A stretch of 64,000 nt of DNA. It comes from Lachnospiraceae bacterium (GTDB lineage: Bacteria; Bacillota; Clostridia; Lachnospirales; Lachnospiraceae). The stretch is taken from the NCBI GenBank assembly GCA_017441825.1, contig JAFRVD010000029.1:20738-84737 (forward strand), written 5' to 3'. Under the pieces are notes generated by a model. It was not told the DNA's origin. It searched no databases and saw only the letters and a list, made by a program, of their open reading frames with translations. Positions 37,724 to 45,719 of the stretch are shown here, one piece after another; the stretch's first letter is position 1, and each line of letters begins with the position of its first letter. A program made the position numbers and the translations under genes.

Positions 37724-38608
37724 TTACCGGATGTTTTCCGTGAGCCATGCGCAATCCTCGCGCAGGCACTCGTCATGGTCCTTGTAGAAATATTCGCGCT
37801 CAACTACCCAGAACGCTTCAAACGACTGCTCGTCGAGGGCCTTCTTGATCTCGAGCCAGTCGAGGTTCGAGTGTTCATCGGCGATCGGGCACTGGCAGGC
37901 GATCTCCGGATTTACGGGACCCACGTTCTTCTGGAAATCCTCAAGGATCTTCTGACGCTCCTCGACTGTCTTTTCCATGATGCCTTCGAACGGGCTCTTC
38001 CTGGGAACTTCCTCCGCATGCCTGGACCTCGGTGTCTTTCCGGGACCGTGGACCTTGTCGTTTTCCTTCACGTGGATGGCCACGATCCGGTCCTTATACT
38101 TCCTGATGAAGTACGGCGGATACATGCCGGCGTTCATCGCCCAGCCGCAGTCCAGCTGCGAATAGATGTGCGGCGCGTTATCGAGGAGATGCTCGAGAAG
38201 CGACTTGCCGTTCACCATGTAGAATTCCCACGAGTGGTTGTGATAGCCGATCTTGATGCCGTAAGGCTCCGCGATTTTCGCAAGCTCTTCAAATTCCGCG
38301 GCAACCTCCTTCGCTTCCTCTTCGGTCGCGAACGGCGTGCCTGCACAGATGACGGCTTTCGCGCCGAGTGCGGCCACCTTCTCGATGATCTCCTTCGTGG
38401 GCATCGCATGGACGCTCAGGATCTCCACGCCTGCGTCCGCCGCCCACTTCAGGATGTCCTCCGTGCTGTTGTTCAGGTCGCCCGCAAGGAGTTCGATGCC
38501 CGAATAGCCCAGCTCCTTCGCAGTTTTGAACTTTTCCGCAAGGCTCGGGCCGAGTCCCAAAAAGCTCGCGATCCCGCCGAACGAATATGTGCCGATGTTG
38601 ATCTTCAT
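37724..38608 (-). CDS. Sugar phosphate isomerase/epimerase (xylose-isomerase-like TIM barrel)
   Basis: 294 aa. YSGIEL, HNH, HVKEND pattern. AAAGGGGA RBS. Confidence 0.75.
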   Translation of the reverse strand: MKINIGTYSFGGIASFLGLGPSLAEKFKTAKELGYSGIELLAGDLNNSTEDILKWAADAGVEILSVHAMPTKEIIEKVAALGAKAVICAGTPFATEEEAKEVAAEFEELAKIAEPYGIKIGYHNHSWEFYMVNGKSLLEHLLDNAPHIYSQLDCGWAMNAGMYPPYFIRKYKDRIVAIHVKENDKVHGPGKTPRSRHAEEVPRKSPFEGIMEKTVEERQKILEDFQKNVGPVNPEIACQCPIADEHSNLDWLEIKKALDEQSFEAFWVVEREYFYKDHDECLREDCAWLTENIR

Positions 38609-38623
38609 ACAGAGTTCCCCTTT

Positions 38624-38839
38624 CTAGTATTCTGTTTTGACTTCGCCGAGTCCGTACATTTTTTTGAATAAAGCCTCATCCTTTTCCGACCGGATCACCA
38701 TGACCTCGGTGAATTTCCGGTCCGTGCGGTTCCGGAAGCCCGCGGCCTTCTCCCCGGTGCATATGGACGACAGGAACACCGGGTACTGTGTTTCAGGGTC
38801 GTATGCGATCTCCGGGCGTACAGAACGTTTTCCAAACAT
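38624..38839 (-). CDS. Small conserved hypothetical protein (71 aa)
   Basis: MFGKRSVRPEIAYDPETQYPVFLSSICTGEKAAGFRNRTDRKFTEVMVIRSEKDEALFKKMYGLGEVKTEY. Strong AAAGGAGG RBS. I recall similar small proteins in Clostridia but cannot name a family. Confidence 0.55.
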   Translation of the reverse strand: MFGKRSVRPEIAYDPETQYPVFLSSICTGEKAAGFRNRTDRKFTEVMVIRSEKDEALFKKMYGLGEVKTEY

Positions 38840-38878
38840 CTCCGGCCTCCTTTCCTGAATGCTCCGCATTCTTTGCTG

Positions 38879-38887
38879 ATATTATCA
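38879..38887 (-). promoter_or_regulatory. Candidate extended -10 promoter element (TGATAATAT) heading the long minus-strand gene array
   Basis: Minus strand: TG-A-TAATAT, about 40 nt upstream of the 38839 ATG. The -35 region is poor (TTTTTC). Confidence 0.3.
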
Positions 38888-38902
38888 TAGCATATCCTGT
38901 TG

Positions 38903-38942
38903 AAAAAACAAGCCGGGGCGGGTACCCGCTCCGGCTTGTTTT
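38903..38942 (-). terminator. Intrinsic terminator after the histidine kinase gene (bidirectional shape)
   Basis: AACAAGCCGGGGCGG-GTAC-CCGCTCCGGCTTGTT (one mismatch), flanked by AAAAAA and TTTT. Confidence 0.7.
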
Positions 38943-38947
38943 AAATA

Positions 38948-40294
38948 TTATTTATCGAGCGGAATCTGCACGGTAAACGTGACGATGCCGTCCGCACACC
39001 CGATACTGATCTTCCCCTTGTGCGCCTCTGTAATGGCCTTCGCGATGGGAAGCCCCAGGCCGTAATGCCCGGATCCGCCAGTCCGCGCCGTATCCAGCCG
39101 GAAGAAGCGTTCGAACAGCCTGCTTCTCTGATCCTCCGGGATCTCCTCCCCGTGATTTGAGACCGCAAGGACCGCGTGCTTATGCTCGGCCGTCAGCGTG
39201 ACGTCCACACTGTCCCCGCCCGTGCTGTGGCTGATCGCGTTGTCTGTCAGGATCGAGACCAGCTGGCAGAGCTGCCCCGGATTCCCGAGGACGCAGAGCC
39301 CCTCCGTAAGCGTACTCCGAAGCTCGAGTCCATGTTCAAAGGCGACGCTCTCAAACGGCAGGATCTCCTGCGTGACAAGCCTTGAAAAGTCCACCTCTTC
39401 CGGCACGAACGCCGCGTTTTCCGCGCGGGACAGCGTCAGAAGCTCTGTCACAAGTCCGCCCATACGCTCGTTTTCGTACTGGATGTTCGAAAGCCACTCG
39501 TTCTTCCCGATCTGTCTCGAAAGAAGCTCCGCGTTCGTACTGATGACCGCCACCGGCGTCTTCAGCTCGTGCCCGGCGTCGGAAATGAACTGCTTCTGCT
39601 TCCGGTCGTTTTCTTCGAGCGGCCGGACGATGGCGCGCGCGATGAATACGGAAGCCGTGAGGAGGACCAGCACGCCGATCACTCCGGTGACCAGCGTGAT
39701 CCGGAGCACCCGGTCCATGCTGTTCTGGGTGACTGTCGTATCCAGGAACGCGACCAGGCAATACCCGTCCCGTTCCGCTGTCTCATAGAGAAGCGTCCCT
39801 TTCTTTCCTGTGGTCTTCCCGCTCTCCCGGACCTCCTCCGCGAGTGCGACGATATCCTCCGCTGAATACAGGGCGTTATTGCCGGCGTCCGCAGCGAGCA
39901 CCTCGCCGGACCCGGAAAACGCGACCGAGTAGAAGGACGACAGCCGGAACATGTCCTGGTCTCTCAGACGGTCCCGCATGCCGCCGGGGGCGGGTGAATC
40001 ATCCCGGTCGTCCCGGTCGTCCGAATCGTCCAAATCGTCAGGATCGTCAAGGTCGTCCGGATCGTCAAGGTCATCAGGATCGTCCGGATGCATCCCGTCC
40101 GGCAGCCCCGGAATCACTCCGTCCGGGCCTTTTTCCAGCCGGTAACGCTCGACGAAATCCGAAAGCATCTTCTGGTTCTGCCGCCTCGTGGACAGATTGC
40201 TGGAGACGATGATGGCCGCAAGCGTCAGCGTGAGGAACAGGATCAGTCCGCCCATGAGGGCTAATACGATATTTCGTCTGGTCCTACTGAACAT
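38948..40294 (-). CDS. Two-component sensor histidine kinase
   Basis: 448 aa. Two TM segments flank a loop of about 160 aa. H-box SDAGHELKTP. N, G1 and G2 boxes present (DNAISHS, GGSGHYGLGL). Confidence 0.85.
   Translation of the reverse strand: MFSRTRRNIVLALMGGLILFLTLTLAAIIVSSNLSTRRQNQKMLSDFVERYRLEKGPDGVIPGLPDGMHPDDPDDLDDPDDLDDPDDLDDSDDRDDRDDSPAPGGMRDRLRDQDMFRLSSFYSVAFSGSGEVLAADAGNNALYSAEDIVALAEEVRESGKTTGKKGTLLYETAERDGYCLVAFLDTTVTQNSMDRVLRITLVTGVIGVLVLLTASVFIARAIVRPLEENDRKQKQFISDAGHELKTPVAVISTNAELLSRQIGKNEWLSNIQYENERMGGLVTELLTLSRAENAAFVPEEVDFSRLVTQEILPFESVAFEHGLELRSTLTEGLCVLGNPGQLCQLVSILTDNAISHSTGGDSVDVTLTAEHKHAVLAVSNHGEEIPEDQRSRLFERFFRLDTARTGGSGHYGLGLPIAKAITEAHKGKISIGCADGIVTFTVQIPLDK
39995..40084 (-). 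repeat. In-frame 9-nt tandem repeat x10 encoding (Asp-Asp-X)10
   Basis: Plus-strand units are RTCRTCNNN x10. Protein: DDP DDL DDP DDL DDP DDL DDS DDR DDR DDS, within the kinase sensor loop. Confidence 0.75.
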
Positions 40295-40970
40295 CCGGGC
40301 ACCTCAGTTCGTAGCCGATCCCGCGGACAGCCTTGATCTCTGTTTTCGCGTCCACAAAGGCCAGCTTCTTTCTCGTGAAGGACATGTAGACCTCCACGTT
40401 GTTGTATTCCGCGTCAGACTCATAGCCCCAGATCCGGAGCGCAAGCTGCTCCCGTGAAAGGATCTGGCTCTGGTTCGCGATCATGTATTCCAGGATCTTA
40501 TACTCTTTTTCTCCAAGACGCACGGACCGTCCCGAGGACGTGCAGAAAAGCTCCGCGGTCTCCTGCCGGAGCTCAATGTCGCCGAAGGCCGGGCCGCTTT
40601 CGCGGTAGCCCTGGTTCCGCCGCGTCAGCGCGCGGAGGCGCGCAAGAAGCTCCTTAGACATAAACGGCTTCGTCAGGTAGTCGTCCGCGCCGGAGTCGAG
40701 GCCGGTCACTTTATCGTCGAGCTCACTCTTTGCGGTCAGCATCAGGATGGGTGTTTTATTCCCTCCCTTCCTGATCTCTGACGCCACCTTATAGCCGTTC
40801 ATCCGGGGCATCATGACGTCCAGGACCATCACGTCATAGATCCCGCTCTCCGCCGCCATAAGTGCGGATTCTCCGTCGGCAAAGTGGTCCACCTCATAGC
40901 CTTCAAGCGCGAGAAGCTGTGTGAGGGCGTCCGCCATTCTCTTTTCGTCTTCGGCAAGCAGAAGCTTCAT
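40284..40970 (-). CDS. OmpR/PhoB-family response regulator
   Basis: Receiver domain (MKLLLAEDE..VLDVMMP..LTAK) plus winged-helix output (..VEVYMSFTRKKL). Start at MKLLLAEDE after AGGGAGGG. The 3' end overlaps the kinase start. Confidence 0.9.
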   Translation of the reverse strand: MKLLLAEDEKRMADALTQLLALEGYEVDHFADGESALMAAESGIYDVMVLDVMMPRMNGYKVASEIRKGGNKTPILMLTAKSELDDKVTGLDSGADDYLTKPFMSKELLARLRALTRRNQGYRESGPAFGDIELRQETAELFCTSSGRSVRLGEKEYKILEYMIANQSQILSREQLALRIWGYESDAEYNNVEVYMSFTRKKLAFVDAKTEIKAVRGIGYELRCPDVQ

Positions 40971-41074
40971 ACCGTTCCCTCCCTTTAATGGTCTCAGGGG
41001 CGTTCTTCCGTCCCTGTCTGTCATTCTAAGAGTCAAAGCTTGAAAAAGGATTGAAACGAAAGGATCTTTACGGT

Positions 41075-41734
41075 CTATCTTTTGAGATACGCCGATGACA
41101 CCGGAAACTCGAAATACGTATCCGGGTACGGCTCGTCTTTGAGTACAAAGTGCCACCATTCGCAGAAAAGAGGCGCGAAGCCGTGCCGGCCCATGACCTT
41201 CTGGAGGTACATCCGGTTCCCGTACTGCTCGTCCGTGATCCCGCGGTAATCCGGGTGGGACACCGGGCTGAACATGTCAAAGGGGCTCCCCATATCCACT
41301 TCCCTGCCTGTCTCCATGGACAGGAGTGTTAAATCCACGGCGCTGCCGCGGCTGTGGCTGGACTGGCTTGCGATGTAGCCTTCCTTAAACAGGACCTGCT
41401 TTTCGAGGTCCGGGTAGAAGAACGGCTTCATCCGGAGGTCGAGGTCATCGATGCCCCACATCATGAAATGCCGGACCGCGGAGGCCGGGCGGTACGCGTC
41501 AAAGATCTTCAGCCGGTACCCGTGTACGTTCACTTCGTTCGCGACTTCCCGGAGCGCACGCGCCGCTTCCCGCGTCATAAGCGCGCAGGGCTCTTCGTAG
41601 CCGTCGATCCTGTCGCCCACGAAATTGTATGTGGAAAAGTAGCGGATCTCCTGGACGATCCCCGGGACGTAATCGGAAAGAAGGACAAATCCTGAGGGGT
41701 CCATCGTCACCTGTTTCTTAAAATCAGCCGGCAT
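41075..41734 (-). CDS. D-alanyl-D-alanine dipeptidase (VanX/DdpX, peptidase M15D)
   Basis: Zinc and catalytic motifs SHSRGSAVDLT and EWWHF. ATG at 41734 lies 8 nt after AAGGAGG. The ORF-track GTG at 41743 abuts the RBS. Confidence 0.85.
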   Translation of the reverse strand: MPADFKKQVTMDPSGFVLLSDYVPGIVQEIRYFSTYNFVGDRIDGYEEPCALMTREAARALREVANEVNVHGYRLKIFDAYRPASAVRHFMMWGIDDLDLRMKPFFYPDLEKQVLFKEGYIASQSSHSRGSAVDLTLLSMETGREVDMGSPFDMFSPVSHPDYRGITDEQYGNRMYLQKVMGRHGFAPLFCEWWHFVLKDEPYPDTYFEFPVSSAYLKR

Positions 41735-41747
41735 TTCTGGCACCTCC

Positions 41748-43505
41748 TTAAGATGCTTCTTCCCGTTCCCCGGGAAGCCTCAGCGCGAGATTGTTGAGAC
41801 TCAGTGAATACGTGTACTGTGCTTCGTCCGCCATTGCGAGCGTCAGGCGGATGCCCAGGGCGTCTTTTCCTTCTGCCGGGATGTAGTGCACCGGGTCGAA
41901 GGCGCGGCAGTCGTCGCGGAAACGGATCACCCAGCTGTCTTCCTTATGGAGCAGGCGGACGGACAGCCGGTGCGGTTTGTCATCTTTTTTAAAGCCGTGA
42001 TCGATCACGTTCGCGGCCATTTCTTCAATACAGAGCGCGATGCGCTTCGAAAGCCGGCTGCTCTGTCCGCGCTCAAGGCAGAACTGCTCCGCTTCCTGAG
42101 AAACCCGCACCGCGTCTTCAAGCGTCGCGATGTCCGTTTCCATCAGCTGGTCCGCCGGGACGCCGAAGGAATCATTGAGAAGGAGGTATGCGCCGTCCCG
42201 CCAGGGGGCGCTCTTCGTACGTTGCCGGATCAGGACAGCGATCATAAGGAGTGTCAGGAGCTCGCCCGAGACAAAGTAGAACCAGACGCCGAACGTTCCC
42301 AGGAAGCGGCTCAGGATCAGTGCCCCAACAGCCGGGAAGACCAGCTGCTCCATAACGGAAATGAGTTCGGTGAGCCTCGTCTTTTCCATGCCCTGATAGC
42401 TGCTCTTGAGCGCTGCCGTTAGGCAGATGGGGATCATGCCGGCGGAATAGAGACGGATGCCCGTGACTGCCATGTCCCTGGCCGGGCTGTCCTCCGTGAT
42501 AAAGAACCGCGCGAAAAGAGGCGCGCAGAGGATCAGGACGGCCCCAACCACTATACCTAAGAACACGCTCGAACGCGCCATCGTCTGAATCAGGACCTTG
42601 AGGCCGGTGCGGTCCTCTTCCTGATATAAAATACCGGAAAGCGTCAGGGTCACCCCGTTGATCCCGGTCGAAACACAGTTCGCGGAGTTGCCGATGGTGC
42701 TTATGACGGAGAATGCCGCAACAGCCAGGGCGCCGCCTGTCCCGAGAAGGATCTGGTTCAGGACTACCACAAGCACCACTCCCGCCGCCATATTGATGAG
42801 CGAGGGCAGGCCGCCCGCAAGCATTTCGCGCATCTTCGCGAAGGACACCTGCTTCAGCGAGAATTTAAACACGCATTTTTTCGTAAAGAAATACCAGCCG
42901 CCCACAATAAGCGCGCAGTAATAGCTGATGGCGGAGGCCAGACCCATCCCGAACATGCCGCCGTGGACCACAAAAACGTTTACGAGGTCCAGAGCGATAT
43001 CAGTAACAGTCATCGCGAGTACTGCGGCAACCAGGATGCCGCTCTGTCCGGCGATCTGCAGGAACGGCACCAGGATCAGGGCGCCCATCGTAGCCGGCGC
43101 GCCGATAACGAACGCCGTCATATAGTCCCTCGTATCCGTAAACAGAGTGCCTTCCGACCCTGCGCCGGAAGCCCTCGCAATGAACGAACGGAACAGGAAC
43201 ACGAAAAGCATCAGCGAAAACGCTACGCCGAAGCCCAGCACGATGGCAGAGGAATAGCCTCTGTTCGTCTCCTCCTGGGAGCCCTTACCGAGCGACTTGC
43301 TGCAGGCGACCTGGATGCCGGCGGCAAGCATGCTTCCGAACGCGGCAAGCACGAGAAGCACCGGACTGGCCAGCTGGTATGCGGACAGCGCTTCTACGCC
43401 TAAATATCTTCCGATGATCACACTGTCGATCAACAGGCACACGGAAACTGTGAGCGCGGAAAAGATCTGCGCGAACAGCATCTGCCGGATCAGTCTGCGG
43501 ATCAT
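41748..43505 (-). CDS. MATE-family efflux transporter fused to a C-terminal cytoplasmic GHKL/HATPase_c-like domain
   Basis: 585 aa. Residues 1 to about 430 form a 12-TM MATE-like core. Residues about 430-585 are soluble and carry an N-box-like IEEMAANVIDHG, RDDCRAFDP and ALGIRL, resembling SpoIIAB/RsbW-type ATPase domains. Confidence 0.75.
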   Translation of the reverse strand: MIRRLIRQMLFAQIFSALTVSVCLLIDSVIIGRYLGVEALSAYQLASPVLLVLAAFGSMLAAGIQVACSKSLGKGSQEETNRGYSSAIVLGFGVAFSLMLFVFLFRSFIARASGAGSEGTLFTDTRDYMTAFVIGAPATMGALILVPFLQIAGQSGILVAAVLAMTVTDIALDLVNVFVVHGGMFGMGLASAISYYCALIVGGWYFFTKKCVFKFSLKQVSFAKMREMLAGGLPSLINMAAGVVLVVVLNQILLGTGGALAVAAFSVISTIGNSANCVSTGINGVTLTLSGILYQEEDRTGLKVLIQTMARSSVFLGIVVGAVLILCAPLFARFFITEDSPARDMAVTGIRLYSAGMIPICLTAALKSSYQGMEKTRLTELISVMEQLVFPAVGALILSRFLGTFGVWFYFVSGELLTLLMIAVLIRQRTKSAPWRDGAYLLLNDSFGVPADQLMETDIATLEDAVRVSQEAEQFCLERGQSSRLSKRIALCIEEMAANVIDHGFKKDDKPHRLSVRLLHKEDSWVIRFRDDCRAFDPVHYIPAEGKDALGIRLTLAMADEAQYTYSLSLNNLALRLPGEREEAS

Positions 43506-43538
43506 ATTGTTCCTCCCTTAAAAAACCGGTATCTATCG

Positions 43539-44540
43539 TTATGCGCTGAAATTCGGCGCGTATTTGACTGCAAGGCGTATCGCTTCGATCATGCTTACGG
43601 CGCTCGCGATCCCCGTCCCTGCAATGTCCATGGCCGTCCCGTGGTCCACGGACGTCCGGAGAATGGGCATGCCGTTCGTCACGGCGATGGTCCGCTCGAA
43701 ATCGAGCGTCTTGGTGGCGATGTGCCCCTGATCGTGATACAGGGAAAGCACGCTGTTGTACCGTCCCTGAAGTGCCAGATGGAAGACGGAATCCGCAGGC
43801 ACGGGGCCTGCGACGTCATACCCCTCCGCCTTAAGCTCCTCAACAGCCGGGAAGATCTCCCGCACCTCTTCATCGCCGAACAGGCCGTGTTCGCCGCTGT
43901 GCGGGTTCAGGCCGGCAACAGCCATCGTTCCCTCCGTGACGCCAAGGCGCCGGAGTGCTTCCGTACACCGCCGGACGTAGTCTTTGATCCTGTCCTTTGT
44001 GATGAGATCGCAGGCTGCACGAAGCGACACGTGCCGCGTCAGGAAGAAGACGCGCATGCCGCGGACTTCGAACATGGTCAGAGGATCCGGGGTATTCGTG
44101 AGCGCGCCGAAGATCTCCGTGTGGCCGATAAAATCGACGCCTCCGGCACGTAACGATTCCTTGTTGATGGGCGGGGTCGCGACCGCGGCAACTCTCCGCG
44201 CATTCGCAAGCTCAATGCTCTTTTCGATGTATTCATAGGCTGCTTTTCCGCACATGCCGGAAATTTCCCCGACCGTAAATCTTTCCATATCGACGTTGTC
44301 AAGATCGATCAGGTTAAGAACGCCCGGGACGTACTCTCCGTCCTCCGGATCTTCGATCACACGGATCGCAAGCCCCGGAATGCCGGGGTACGTCTCAGCG
44401 CGGTCCATCACCTTCCGGTCGCCTGCCACAACAAGCCGGGCGGACGAAACGGTCTCCGGGTCCGCGCACGCTTTCAAAACGATCTCCGGGCCGATGCCGG
44501 CCGGGTCGCCCATGGGGATACAGATCAAGGGTCTTGTCAT
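43539..44540 (-). CDS. PdxA-family 4-hydroxythreonine-4-phosphate dehydrogenase-like NAD-dependent dehydrogenase
   Basis: 333 aa. [13 protein letters not shown]-terminus, [12 protein letters not shown] and SVDHGTA motifs. Confidence 0.85.
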   Translation of the reverse strand: MTRPLICIPMGDPAGIGPEIVLKACADPETVSSARLVVAGDRKVMDRAETYPGIPGLAIRVIEDPEDGEYVPGVLNLIDLDNVDMERFTVGEISGMCGKAAYEYIEKSIELANARRVAAVATPPINKESLRAGGVDFIGHTEIFGALTNTPDPLTMFEVRGMRVFFLTRHVSLRAACDLITKDRIKDYVRRCTEALRRLGVTEGTMAVAGLNPHSGEHGLFGDEEVREIFPAVEELKAEGYDVAGPVPADSVFHLALQGRYNSVLSLYHDQGHIATKTLDFERTIAVTNGMPILRTSVDHGTAMDIAGTGIASAVSMIEAIRLAVKYAPNFSA

Positions 44541-44656
44541 ACGGGTACAGCCTCCTCTGGTACGTCAGACAGTCGGTTTACTGAAGAGGGTCCTGACGGG
44601 CCCCCGCGTACAACTCCGCGTGAAGCCCGAAACACCCCCGTAAACGCTTTGAACTG

Positions 44657-44685
44657 ATTATAACGGACGATTCCGCATTTCACAA
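44657..44685 (-). promoter_or_regulatory. Candidate sigma-70-type promoter of the PdxA-family gene
   Basis: Minus strand: TTGTGA, 17 nt, TATAAT. It leaves a GC-rich leader of about 115 nt before the GAGGAGG RBS. Confidence 0.4.
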
Positions 44686-44725
44686 TACGAACAGGCAAAA
44701 AACACCCAAAATCGCGCAAAAATAC

Positions 44726-44759
44726 GGGAGAATGCAGAGGCTGACCCCTGTACTCTCCC
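44726..44759 (-). terminator. Possible terminator of the maltodextrin transporter operon
   Basis: Imperfect hairpin GGGAGA..CAGAGG/CCTGT..TCTCCC, followed on the minus strand by GTATTTTTGCGCGATTTTGGGTGTTTTTT. Confidence 0.4.
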
Positions 44760-44783
44760 GCTTAACCTTAATATGATGATCCG

Positions 44784-45719
44784 TTATCCCTTGACCGCGC
44801 CGGCCGTCACACCTTCCACATAATACTGCTGCAGGAACATGAACAGCGTCACGATAGGCACAGCCACGATCACACAGCCTGCCGCGAACTGAGTGAACAG
44901 GTTGGTATCCGGGTGCGTACCGAACAGCATTGAGTAAAGGCCCACGGAAACCGTCCAGTACTTTGCGTTGTCCGCGCCTATTATGACCTTCGCGAAGATG
45001 AAGTCCATCCAGGGCCCGGTAAAGCTCATCAGCGCCTGATAGATGATGATGGGCTTACTGAGCGGCAGGATGATCCGCCGGAAGATCTTGAAATTGGTGC
45101 AGCCATCGAGCTTAGCCGATTCCACAAGCGCGTTCGGCAGGACGTCGAAGAAGCCCTTCGCGATCTGGAAGCCCAGACCGGCACCCGCGCTGTACGCGAG
45201 GATCAGGCCGACCACGGAATACTCCGGATGGGAGGGATTTCCGGTGAGGCCTACGGACTTTAAGAGGAAGTAGATCGCAATCATGCTCATGAAGCCCGGG
45301 AACAGCCCGAGGATCATGGAGATATTCATGAACGGCTTCCTCAGCTTGAATTTCAGCTTGGACATGCAGTACGCCACGGACAGCACCAGGAACGTGGAAA
45401 TGATGCAGTCGATGATCGCAATGAAAAGCGTGTTCAGCATCCACCGCGGGAACGCCTTGGGCACGCCGTAATACGTGGCGGTAAACAGGTCTTCAAAGTT
45501 TTTGAGGCCGAACTGCTTCGGGAAGAAGCTGCTCGTGACCCTTCCGATAAACGTGCCGTCCGGCTGGTATTCGCACCGGAAGGCGGAAAGCACGATCCAG
45601 ATCAGCGGGATCAGCCAGATCACGCTCAGGAGGCTAAGTACGGTATACGTAGCGCCCAGGCTGATCCGCCGGTTCCTGGACTGGCTGCTGAACTTTCTCT
45701 TTTTACCCGCTGTACTCAT
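44784..45719 (-). CDS. Maltose/maltodextrin-type ABC transporter permease (MalG-like)
   Basis: 311 aa. EAA loop ESAKLDGCTNFKIFRRIILP. The start overlaps the upstream stop. Confidence 0.85.
   Translation of the reverse strand: MSTAGKKRKFSSQSRNRRISLGATYTVLSLLSVIWLIPLIWIVLSAFRCEYQPDGTFIGRVTSSFFPKQFGLKNFEDLFTATYYGVPKAFPRWMLNTLFIAIIDCIISTFLVLSVAYCMSKLKFKLRKPFMNISMILGLFPGFMSMIAIYFLLKSVGLTGNPSHPEYSVVGLILAYSAGAGLGFQIAKGFFDVLPNALVESAKLDGCTNFKIFRRIILPLSKPIIIYQALMSFTGPWMDFIFAKVIIGADNAKYWTVSVGLYSMLFGTHPDTNLFTQFAAGCVIVAVPIVTLFMFLQQYYVEGVTAGAVKG

Noticed and set aside
38948-41734. Possible vancomycin-resistance (van) operon
   Set aside because: Only a VanX-like dipeptidase and a generic OmpR/HK pair are present. 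No vanH dehydrogenase, vanA/B/G-type ligase, vanT racemase or vanY is in the window. I report it only as an orphan arrangement.
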